Positions 33,997 through 42,303 of a stretch of 64,000 nt of DNA are shown here, piece by piece. This DNA comes from an uncultured Candidatus Rokubacteria bacterium (GTDB lineage: Bacteria > Methylomirabilota > Methylomirabilia > Rokubacteriales > CSP1-6). A program made the position numbers and the translations under genes. Under the pieces are notes generated by a model that saw nothing but the letters and a program-made list of their open reading frames with translations, made no database searches and was not told the DNA's origin. Positions within the stretch are counted from its first letter, which is position 1. Every line of letters begins with the position of its first letter. The DNA lies in the NCBI GenBank assembly GCA_963771355.1, contig CAVYTA010000006.1, positions 64,001 through 128,000 of the forward strand. The letters are read 5' to 3'.

Positions 33997-34845
33997 ATGA
34001 GGCCTATAAGGGCACTGGTGGCGGCAGGCGCATTTGCCGCGGTCCTCGGGATGTCGCCGGTGACGGCGATGGCTCTCCCGTTCCTGGTCGAGGTATCAGT
34101 CGGCTGGCTCAACGAGACTGGCCTCTGCACGGGCGGTGGAAGTGCCTGTCTCGGCTTCAGCGGAACGGGTGGATTCGGAGCGGGTAGCTCGACGATCCTG
34201 AACTGGGACGCCGGGTCCACCGCGCTGGACAGCCGCCTGTCGATCGGCGCGCTTCCCGATGCCTCCGCGACCCCTCCGTTCGATGGATTCCGCGCGGGCA
34301 CGATCGATGTGAATCAGACCGTTCGCACCGCCATGATCCGGCACACCAACAATGCCATTCCCCGGGCGGACGAGACGCTCTCCAGCATCACGCTCCGGAC
34401 GCTGCTGAGGATTCTCTCGCCGGATGGGAATACCGAGATCATCGGGGAGGGTACCGGCGGCGACTTCGACGTCTCCATCTCGTTCCTGGAGACGGCGAAT
34501 ACGGCGCCCTGCAACCAGACCAGCAACTCGATCGGGTCGATCTGCGACGATCAGTTCACGTTCATCAGCCTGAATATCGACATCCCCTTCACGTTCGACG
34601 GGCACAGCTACGTGCTGGAGGCGCGCGGGGTACTCAATCCGGATGGCACCCCGGCCTGCGAGGATGCTGGCAACGGGCAGGTCAATTGCCTGACGCAGGA
34701 GAGAGCGATCAGCGATCGCTTCGTCGCCATCACGCTGCGGCAGGTGGACGTACCCGTGCCGGCTCCGGCGAGTCTGCTGCTCCTGGGCCTGGGCCTGCTG
34801 GGTGCGAGTGTCGGGCCGATGATCCGCAAGCGGCTGGCGCCTTAA
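33997..34845 (+). CDS. PEP-CTERM sorted surface protein (THxN-like family)
   Basis: Signal peptide, IRHTNN, six Cys, C-terminal VPAPASLLLLGLGLLG..RKR. Confidence 0.85.
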   Translation: MRPIRALVAAGAFAAVLGMSPVTAMALPFLVEVSVGWLNETGLCTGGGSACLGFSGTGGFGAGSSTILNWDAGSTALDSRLSIGALPDASATPPFDGFRAGTIDVNQTVRTAMIRHTNNAIPRADETLSSITLRTLLRILSPDGNTEIIGEGTGGDFDVSISFLETANTAPCNQTSNSIGSICDDQFTFISLNIDIPFTFDGHSYVLEARGVLNPDGTPACEDAGNGQVNCLTQERAISDRFVAITLRQVDVPVPAPASLLLLGLGLLGASVGPMIRKRLAP

Positions 34846-34877
34846 CCGGACCACCGAGCCGAGTTTCTGACGCTTCA

Positions 34878-34919
34878 CTGGGGGGTAGCCCAATCGGGCT
34901 ACCCCCCAGAACCTTTTTT
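34878..34919 (+). terminator. Intrinsic terminator
   Basis: CTGGGGGGTAGCCC-AATC-GGGCTACCCCCCAG followed by a T-run. Confidence 0.85.
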
Positions 34920-35210
34920 GGTGCGGCTCCTTGCCCCGCCGCGGCTCCTGAGCCTTCAGGACCTGCGTGCGCTTGCCGGGCGCCGCCACGCCTGAATGTG
35001 CGACGCCCCGTAAGGATGACGCACGCCAAGCCACCGTCGCGGCAAGCGCCGGCCGGCGATCAGTATCAGGTAGCCGACTAGATAGATCCCAAAGGACATT
35101 TGTCCCCTCCTAGACCGCCGACATGGAGCTGGTCGCCCGTTCTCTCTTCTTGCCCCGACGCGATCGATCGAGCATCGTGCGAAGGTGCGGCCGGTCGGGC
35201 AGGCCTAGAT

Positions 35211-35390
35211 TGTCCAGACTCGGGTTGGTGTTGACACTTTCGCCGTCCCAGAGTGAGGCATCAAGTTACTGAAGCCACCACGGCGCCGTGGAAGAGGGAG
35301 GCCGGCGTGCGCCCTCGGACGCGGTAACCGTGATGGGGGCGCTCGAAATTGTAGAACTGCAGGAAACCGCACAGGCTGCGCTCGGCAGCG
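35211..35390 (-). mobile_element. IS481-family 3' remnant
   Basis: FLQFYNFERPHHGY..GRTP; end TGTCAACACC..CTGGACA. Confidence 0.75.
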
Positions 35391-35755
35391 CGATCTCGAC
35401 GCCCTCCGCATGGATGAGGCGCAGGAGATCGTGCTGCTGAAGTCCCAGCGAGCCCGAGGTGTTCGTCAGTGCGTATTCGTCGAGGGGACAGCCGAGCAGG
35501 CCGTCGCGCGTCCACTCGAACGCGTTTCCGGGACGCTCGGGAATTGAGAAAAGCGACAGCTCACCCGCTCACCATCGCAATAGAGGTCGTCGGTTGGCCT
35601 GATCGCGCGCTGCCGAGAGAACGCGGCCACGGTTTTGCGCCCGAACCGCCGAACCGAATACGGCGAGCAGTCCGGACATTGTTCAGGCGTCCGGACAGTC
35701 ATGGCCACCATCGTGCTCGAGTCGGTCGAGATGCCGGCGGCGACGCGGCTGGTGC

Positions 35756-36688
35756 TCACCTCGACGGCCGATCGGCGGATCGCGCCCGTTCGGCCCAGCG
35801 GAGCAGATCGGCCCGTGGCCAGACGAGATAGTATGCGATGGGCAGGTATTCGCCCGCTTCGTACAGGCGCCGCCGCGTGTCCGACCTGGCCAGGGCATCG
35901 CGCACCGCCGAGGGATGCGACCCGTATCGGAAGCCCCTGGCCCCGCGCTCCAATCGCCGCGAACGGAGGTAGGCGAGCCGCGGGCTGATCGTCTCGATCC
36001 GGGGATCGTAGAACCAGGCAGTACCGAAGACCCCCTTGACCTCGGGGTTGCGGACCAGCAGCTCTGCTATGCGAAGGTAGCTCCGGTCCCAGCTCTCCGG
36101 ACTGAACTCCGTCAGACGGCGCGGGTCGAGGTGCAGGGAATAGAACGGTCGGAAGCCGCGCGTCCTGACCAGGAAGAAATATACGCCTCGGAGGAACTGG
36201 AGCGCGCCTCCTCGGCAGAGCAGACTCCGTGGCACGCCCGCGCCCACCTCGAGTAGCTCCGCTCCGCACGGGAGCAAGATGAACCGACACAGCCCCAGAT
36301 CTTTCAGGAACAAGTCGTTGGAGAAGTGATAGAAGTCGTCCGGCTGGTGCCCGGTGTCCCGCTGGATCCGCCCGATCTCTTCACGGAGGAGCTCGACGAC
36401 AGATTCCGGTATCGCCTGCCCGGCGACCCTCGTCTCGAACGAAGCGGCCAGGTGCAAGAGGAGAAGCTTGTGGTACTTGCCGAGCGTGGACCGGCCCGCC
36501 CGCCGGGTGATGTCCAGGGAGGCGTCGCGGGTGGTGTTGCTGATCCAGCCGTATCCCCGATACCGGAGCGCTGCCTCGCCGGGCTCGAGATATTGCTCAA
36601 GCGGATGGCGCGTCAAGATCTCTTTGTCGGCGGCGCGCACCTGCGCTCGCAGTGCATCTTGGAGGGGGCCGAGGCCAGGCAAGGTCAC
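35756..36688 (-). CDS. Hypothetical protein, possibly GNAT-like acyltransferase
   Basis: 310-aa ORF; LHL, GVFGTAWFYDP; GTGA coupling to the upstream ORF. Confidence 0.6.
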   Translation of the reverse strand: MTLPGLGPLQDALRAQVRAADKEILTRHPLEQYLEPGEAALRYRGYGWISNTTRDASLDITRRAGRSTLGKYHKLLLLHLAASFETRVAGQAIPESVVELLREEIGRIQRDTGHQPDDFYHFSNDLFLKDLGLCRFILLPCGAELLEVGAGVPRSLLCRGGALQFLRGVYFFLVRTRGFRPFYSLHLDPRRLTEFSPESWDRSYLRIAELLVRNPEVKGVFGTAWFYDPRIETISPRLAYLRSRRLERGARGFRYGSHPSAVRDALARSDTRRRLYEAGEYLPIAYYLVWPRADLLRWAERARSADRPSR

Positions 36689-36903
36689 CGGGAATCCCGC
36701 CTCGCCTGCTGCCTTTGACCGCTCGCGCGCGTGTGGGCCTGGATTGCCTTGGAGGCCGTTTTCTCGAACTGCCGCTTGGCGACATTCTCGACGGCTGCAC
36801 TCCCGATCGCCTTGCGCTTGGTGGATCGGCGGGCGGCGGCGGCGGCCGCCGCGGTTTCTTGATTCGCCGAGGTCACACGCGACGACGCCTTTTTGCTCTT
36901 CAT
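36685..36903 (-). CDS. Small highly basic hypothetical protein (72 aa)
   Basis: SD GGAGGGAG, upstream TATAGT, K/R/A-rich. Confidence 0.6.
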   Translation of the reverse strand: MKSKKASSRVTSANQETAAAAAAARRSTKRKAIGSAAVENVAKRQFEKTASKAIQAHTRASGQRQQARRDSR

Positions 36904-36927
36904 TGGCGCTCCCTCCATTCGGGATGA

Positions 36928-38313
36928 CTATAGCCGAAGCGGAGGATCTTCAGCACCGATGTCGTGGTGGTCGTGGGCGGCAATCTTGAAGAAACGCTCG
37001 GCGTGGCTCGGGTGGACGGAGAGCTGGGTCGCGAGATCGCTCGCGGTGGCGCCGTTCCGGATCGCCAACGTCGCCATCTGGATGAGCTCGGCGCCCGCAT
37101 AGCTGATCATCTGGGCCCCCAGCAGCCGTTCCTGGGCGGCGTCGAACACCAGCTTGAGATACCCGTCGTCTTCCCCGGTGGCGCGGCCGTTCGAGGCCCC
37201 CCGTAGATCCTGGGTCGCGACGTGGCACTTCACGCCGCTGGCCGTTGCCGCCCGGTGGGTCAGGCCGACCCTGGCCACTTCCGGGGTGGTGAAGACGCTC
37301 TGAGGCACGAGCGTGGTGTCGGCGATCAGCTGGTCGCCCAGCAGCGCGTTGTGCGCCGCGAGACGGCCCTCGTACGCGGCCACCGGCGTGAGCTGCGCGT
37401 TGCCGGCGGCATCCCCGGCCGCGTAGATGTGGGCCACCGAGGTGCGGAGATAGGGCGTGACCGCGAGGCCCAGGCGCCCCCTCTCCAGCCCCAGGTGCTG
37501 AGCGCCCAGTGTTTCGGGCCGCCACCGGCGCCCGATGGCCACGCACGCCTGGTCCGCCGCCACCGCGTGAGGCTCGCCGTCTCTCGTGAACCGCGCGGTC
37601 ACGTCGCCTCGTCTTCCCGAGAAGCTCGTGAGCGTGGCGCCGAGGTGAAAGGTGACGCCGCGGCTCTCGAAGATCCTCCTGAGGTATCCGGCCACGTCGG
37701 GGTCGAACCCGGGGAGGATCTCGCCCTCCTGGCCGACGACCACGACCTCGGCTCCGAAGTCGCTGAACGCGCCCGCCATCTCCAGACCGATGACACCCGT
37801 CCCGACGATGACGAGACGTTGCGGGAAGACGGGCAGGAACAGGAGCTCGTCCGAGGTGATCGCCGCTTCGATGCCTGGCACCGCCGGAGCGACGGGGATG
37901 GATCCCGCGGCGATGATGATCCGGTCGCTCCGCAGGGTCGCGTCGTTCACCACGATGGTGTGCGGATCGGCGAACCTCGCTTCGCCGAGGATGATCTCGG
38001 CTCCCGGCCGCGCGAGCGCCGCCGGCAGCGGCTGGAACTCCTTGACGATGTCGTGCTGCCGGCGGATGACCGTCGGCCAGTCCAGGGCGATGGGGCCCGC
38101 CGTCGTGCCGAAGCGTGCTGCATCCTTCGTGATCCGGTGAATCCGCCCAGACCTTACCAAGGCCTTTTTCGGGATTCACCCCCAGTTGACGCACGTTCCG
38201 CCGAGCGGTCCCCGATCGACGAGAGCGACCCGCGCTGCGAGTGTAGCGGCCGCTTTCAATGCATTGATGCCCGCGGCCCCGCCTCCGATGATGACCAGGT
38301 CATAGCGATCCAA
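36928..38313 (-). CDS. Flavoprotein disulfide reductase (GR/LPD/MerA family), probable selenoprotein (in-frame TGA 38176-38178)
   Basis: GGGAGG SD + TTG; YDLVIIGGGAAG, GGTCVNWG-TGA-IPKK all in one frame; GTGVIGLE, IYAAGD, VHPSHAE. Confidence 0.85.
38138..38178 (-). promoter_or_regulatory. Putative bacterial SECIS hairpin
   Basis: UGAAUCC/GGAUUCA lower stem, AGGCCUU/AAGGUCU upper stem, GGU loop starting 18 nt after UGA. Confidence 0.65.
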
Positions 38314-38394
38314 GGCGATCCTCCCTCATGAGTTCGCCCGACGTTCGTCCGACCGTACGCGTCCCGATCGTAACGCGTCCGAGGCGCGCTCCAA

Positions 38395-38413
38395 GGTGGA
38401 CCAAGGTCCAATA
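38395..38413. promoter_or_regulatory. Palindromic operator GGTGGACCAAGGTCCAATA (copy 1)
   Basis: Identical 19-mer at 40556; centre 31.5 bp from the TACGAT -10 of the reductase gene. Confidence 0.7.
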
Positions 38414-38438
38414 GGCGGTCCCGAGGGGGCGGACTAGC

Positions 38439-38755
38439 TGTGAAGTCCCAGGAGGTTCTCCACCCGGGCCATCTCTGCGACGTTGGTGGTTGCGAGTCGA
38501 CCATCACCGCAGAGCCGGAGGCCCGGATGGACATCCATAAGAATGCCCGGACGACGCCGCATAGTCGAGCGGCAATCGTCGTGCGGGTCACCCAGTTGGG
38601 CGAAAGCATCAAGGGTGTGGCGCGGGCGGTCGGTGTCTGCCCCAAGACGGTGCGCAAATGGTTGGCTCGGGCCGGCGAGGGCCTCAGCGACCGCTCCTCG
38701 CGACCGCAGCAGCTCCCGACCGCCACGCCAGCCGCACTGGTCGCGCACGTCGCGC
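38439..38755 (+). mobile_element. IS481-family 5' remnant (left end + transposase N-terminus)
   Basis: TGT end preceded by an ACTAGC target-like site; MDIHKNARTTP..TVRKWL..LSDRSSRP. Confidence 0.85.
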
Positions 38756-39772
38756 CGTCTTGGCGCGGAGCGCGATGAAGGCGCCGGGGCCCACCGCGCA
38801 GAGGAGGTCGACCTCCTCGAGCGCCTGACGGGCCACCTTGGTGTAAATCCCGTTGTTGCCGGGGTGATCGGAGATGGTGCCGAGGACGAGGATCTTGCGT
38901 GATGCCCGCGCGCTCCGCAGGAAGGCCAGGACCGGCGGGAGCGTGCCGAGCGAGGCCTTGAGATCGTCGCGAACAAAGGTTACCCCGTCCGCGAGCGCGA
39001 CGGGATTCATGCGGCCCTTGAAGGGCTCGACCTCACCGATCGCCCGGGCGGCATCGGACAGGGGAATGCCCATCTCGAGCCCGACCGCGACGGCGGCCAG
39101 TGCCGCCGAAACCCAGTGGGTGCCGCAGAGCTGGGTGCGCACCGGGGCCCGCTCGCCGGCATGGACGAGAGTGAAGGACAGACGGTCCGGCCAGGCGCCC
39201 GTCACGTGCTCGGCGCGAAGCTCCGCCGAGGGATCGAGGCCGAAGGTACGTACGCGGCCCGGGAACCCCTCGCGCATCGCGAGTACGCGCGGGTCGTCGG
39301 CATTGAGGATCGCGACGCCATCGGGGGGAAGAGCCCGGATGAGCTTGCCCTTCTCGGCGGCGATGGCGTCGAGCGAGCCAAACGCCGTGTAGTGATCGGT
39401 GGACACGCTGGTCACCACCCCGATGCGTGGCCGGAGCAAGGCAAGGGGCCGGTCGAGCGAGCCCGGCCCGATGTTCGCGCCGATCTCGACGACCCGGAAC
39501 TGGTCGCGGGTCCGGACGGAGAGCACGTTGCGCGCGATGTCGTGCGCATAGTTGCCGGATCCCCGTCCCACGTTGCCGCGCAGGCGCGTGGCGAGCACGG
39601 CGGCGAGCAGGTCCTTGGTGGTGGTCTTGCCCGCGCTGCCGGTCACCCCGATGAAGACCGTGCCGCGGAGCCTCGAGCGGTGGCCGCGCGCGACCTGCCA
39701 GTAGGCGAGCTGGTAGGCGGGGCGCAGGACTCGCCAGTACAACCCCGTGGCCAGCCGGACCGGAGACAGCAT
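38684..39772 (-). pseudogene. MurF-like Mur ligase family protein, C-terminally truncated at the IS junction (~38760)
   Basis: IGVTGSAGKTTTK, EKGKL, ILNADD, GRM, VLGTI; no N-terminal MurF domain. Confidence 0.7.
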
Positions 39773-39863
39773 CGTCCTTCTATTCTAGAGCAGCGATGCG
39801 GAGCGAGTCGAGACGGGAACCGGGGAAGGCGCGCTTTTTTGAGTAGCCGCCCAGAGGATGATG

Positions 39864-40441
39864 TTACTTGCCACCGAAGGCCGATTCGAGTTGGTGAATC
39901 ATGTCGGCCTCCGCGGCGGAAACCTTGCCGACTCCGAGGAGGCCCCCGCTCGCGCTCGCGATGGCCCGAGCGCGCTCGATCAGGTCGGAGCGCAGAGCCC
40001 GGACCTGCTCCGGGGTCATGTGCTCGCACAGGCCCTCGACCATGTGGATCCACGCCGAAAGCAGCTTCGGGTCAGGCCGCCGCTCGAGCCAGCTCTGCAG
40101 GAGGGAGTGGTCCGTCGAGCTCGGGGCGATGCCGGACTTCTCGGCGCGCTCGAGGATCTGCCGGCGCTCTCGATCGTCGATCGAACCGTCCGCCCACGCC
40201 ACCTCGACCAGGGGGACCAAGGCGAGCGCCGCCACGACCTCGGCCCGGATGCCGAGCTGGAACAGCTTGTCGAGGATGGCCTCGTTCTTGATCCCGGAGA
40301 CCTTCCCCGAGGGCCTCGCGAGAAGCCGCTTTGTCCTGGAGCTCCCGGAGCCGCGCGGTAAGCCGCTGATCCTCTTTACGGAAGAACTCATCCTCGAGCG
40401 TGCGGACCTTGTCCCCGAGGAATCTGCGGAGTCTCAGCCAT
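39864..40441 (-). CDS. Hypothetical TerB-like protein, frameshifted (~40410, ~40305)
   Basis: AGGAGG SD; TLEDEFFRKED then LVPLVEVAWADGSIDDRER. Confidence 0.65.
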
Positions 40442-40555
40442 GGTGTCCTCCTGGGCGGCGGGGTGGGTAATGTGGGGTCATCATATCAGGAGGGCCACGC
40501 GACTACCTATCGAGCGTGTCGTCATCGCCGCCACGTCTGCCCTGGTCCCGACCCG

Positions 40556-40574
40556 GGTGGACCAAGGTCCAATA
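40556..40574. promoter_or_regulatory. Palindromic operator (copy 2)
   Basis: GGTGGACCAAGGTCCAATA in a divergent intergenic region. Confidence 0.7.
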
Positions 40575-40640
40575 TGATGCTGGACTATGGGTGCGTCAAA
40601 ATCGAAAGAGTCGCCGCCGGAAGTCATGGGAGGACCGTTC

Positions 40641-41174
40641 ATGCGGGTGTTCATCGTTGTGATGCTCTCATTCGCCTTGGCCGCGCCGGCGTACGGCCAG
40701 ATCCATGTCGACATCGGCATCCATCTGCCGGCGCCACCTCGGCTCGTCATCGTACCGGAAGTCCGAGCGGTCCAGTACGTACCATCCGCCCCCGCGAACC
40801 TCTTCTTCTACGACCGGCAGTACTGGGCCTTTGCCAACGGCGGCTGGCACGTGAGCCGCGGATACAACGGCCCCTGGATCGTCATCGCGCCGAACATCGT
40901 GCCTCGCCCCGTTCTGCTCGTGCCGGTGAACTACTACCACGTTCGTCCCGGCCACTGGAATCAATGGCAGCGGCAGCAGCCTCCCCGCTGGGGCAATGAG
41001 TGGGGACGCGAGTGGGCGGAGAAGCGACAGTGGCGGGAACGGCATGACGATCAAGATCGGGGCCGCGACCGGGATCACGATAAACGCGACAACAAGCGCG
41101 ATGACAAACGTGACGACAAGCGTGACGACCGGCGCGGTGAGAAGGGCAAGGGAGGCCACGGGCGGGGCAACTAG
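40641..41174 (+). CDS. Secreted Pro/Trp-rich hypothetical protein with DDKR-repeat tail
   Basis: SD GGGAGG, signal peptide, VDIGI.LPAPP, YNGPW. Confidence 0.75.
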   Translation: MRVFIVVMLSFALAAPAYGQIHVDIGIHLPAPPRLVIVPEVRAVQYVPSAPANLFFYDRQYWAFANGGWHVSRGYNGPWIVIAPNIVPRPVLLVPVNYYHVRPGHWNQWQRQQPPRWGNEWGREWAEKRQWRERHDDQDRGRDRDHDKRDNKRDDKRDDKRDDRRGEKGKGGHGRGN

Positions 41175-41226
41175 AGAGTGGCGTGACCGCGATGCGTGGT
41201 GTAACCCGAGCGGAAGAGAGGCCACG

Positions 41227-41385
41227 ATGGACAAATGCCAGGCGTGCGACAAGAGCTTGATCGAGGGAATGCATCGATTCTGCGGCGACGAGTGCCGTCG
41301 CCTCTTCGGAGAGGGACTCAGAAAGGGCACCGCCAGCCATCCTGGCCGCACGGTGGCTCGGCGGCGGCGCCGGCGGGGCGGCTGA
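41227..41385 (+). CDS. 52-aa putative zinc-finger microprotein
   Basis: CQAC..FCGDEC, Arg-rich tail, GAGAGG SD. Confidence 0.5.
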   Translation: MDKCQACDKSLIEGMHRFCGDECRRLFGEGLRKGTASHPGRTVARRRRRRGG

Positions 41386-41389
41386 ATCC

Positions 41390-41860
41390 TTGACCCTCGC
41401 GAACGCGATCGATGAGCTGGCGGACGCCGGCTTCGTCGAGCACTTTGGCGTGCGCGATGGTGCGCTGCGATCATTCGACAGCGGAAGGCGATTCAGCGCT
41501 CTTGAGCTGGTGATCCGGGAATACCATCGCTTCGAGGGGGTCTCGGATCCGGACGACATGTCGATCGTCTATGCGATCGAAGGTCAAGGTGGTGTTCGCG
41601 GAACGCTGGTCGATGCCTACGGGGCCTACTCCGACGCAGCGGTGAGCGCCTTCCTCCAGGGCGTGCCGATTCGGGGAACTTCCCGGTTCGGCGGAGGGGC
41701 GGGGGGGCGACCGTGGGTATTCGACCGGCCGGGCAAGATCCGTGGGCGGAATCCAGTGCGCCAGCCGTCACCGCTCGGGAGCTACCACCATGGCTTCCCG
41801 GTGCCGGTCACGAAGGATCCGTGGCACGACGAAGGGGGCGAGAGCGGCTCGACCCCTTAG
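41390..41860 (+). CDS. Conserved hypothetical protein (family often labelled 'phosphoribosylpyrophosphate synthetase')
   Basis: HRFEGVSDPDDMSIVYAIE..GTLVDAYG. Confidence 0.75.
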   Translation: MTLANAIDELADAGFVEHFGVRDGALRSFDSGRRFSALELVIREYHRFEGVSDPDDMSIVYAIEGQGGVRGTLVDAYGAYSDAAVSAFLQGVPIRGTSRFGGGAGGRPWVFDRPGKIRGRNPVRQPSPLGSYHHGFPVPVTKDPWHDEGGESGSTP

Positions 41861-42114
41861 ACGCGCGCGGTCCGTCCCAGGGTCGCCAGATAGGCGGTCA
41901 GCAGGACGAGCGAGCCGATGATCGCCATGACGAACCCGACCGGATCGCCGTCCCCGTACCAGCCGATCAGGCGACCCAGGAAGCCGCCCGTGAGCGCCCC
42001 CACGATTCCGAGCAGGGACGTGATGAACAAGCCGCCTGGATCGCGCCTCAGCCTCAAGAACTTGGCGGCGACGCCGGCGACCAGACCCAGGACGATCCAT
42101 CCCAAAATATACAT
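41857..42114 (-). CDS. GlsB/YeaQ/YmgE family stress membrane protein
   Basis: WIVLGLVAG.AAK..DPGG..LLGIVGA..GG. Confidence 0.9.
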   Translation of the reverse strand: MYILGWIVLGLVAGVAAKFLRLRRDPGGLFITSLLGIVGALTGGFLGRLIGWYGDGDPVGFVMAIIGSLVLLTAYLATLGRTARV

Positions 42115-42202
42115 CCGGTACTCCCCCCTCACTGTCTGCCACTCAACGAGAGAGCGCGGTGCTCTTGGTCATCACGCTAGCAGGGGGTGGGAGGGCCGCC
42201 TA

Positions 42203-42254
42203 GTGGACGTTGGTCCAATAGCGATCGCGCGCCGCGCCATTGGACCATGGTCGT
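42203..42254. promoter_or_regulatory. Two palindromic operators (copies 3 and 4)
   Basis: GTGGACGTTGGTCCAATA and ATTGGACCATGGTCG. Confidence 0.65.
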
Positions 42255-42303
42255 AGGGGTTGGCATTGCCGCAGGGTCCGGACCGGGCTATAGTCGCCAG
42301 TAG

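Noticed and set aside
35094..35105. GGACATTTGTCC as another regulon site (also a half site at 57746)
   Set aside because: Core match only; no AATA flank, no correctly spaced -10 and no clear target gene.
35624..35700. GG-N10-GC sigma54-like site and TGT-N12-ACA
   Set aside because: Weak match, wrong relative order and no credible downstream gene.
36950..36955. TGC-TGA near the reductase 3' end as a TrxR-like Cys-Sec tail
   Set aside because: Out of frame; needs an indel for which there is no evidence.
35211..38755. Composite transposon formed by the two IS481 remnants
   Set aside because: The ends differ in sequence, the right element lacks its outer end, and there is no shared target duplication.
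41076..41133. 12-nt tandem repeats as a CRISPR or repeat element
   Set aside because: In-frame, synonymous-variant DDKR coding repeats; no spacers or cas genes.
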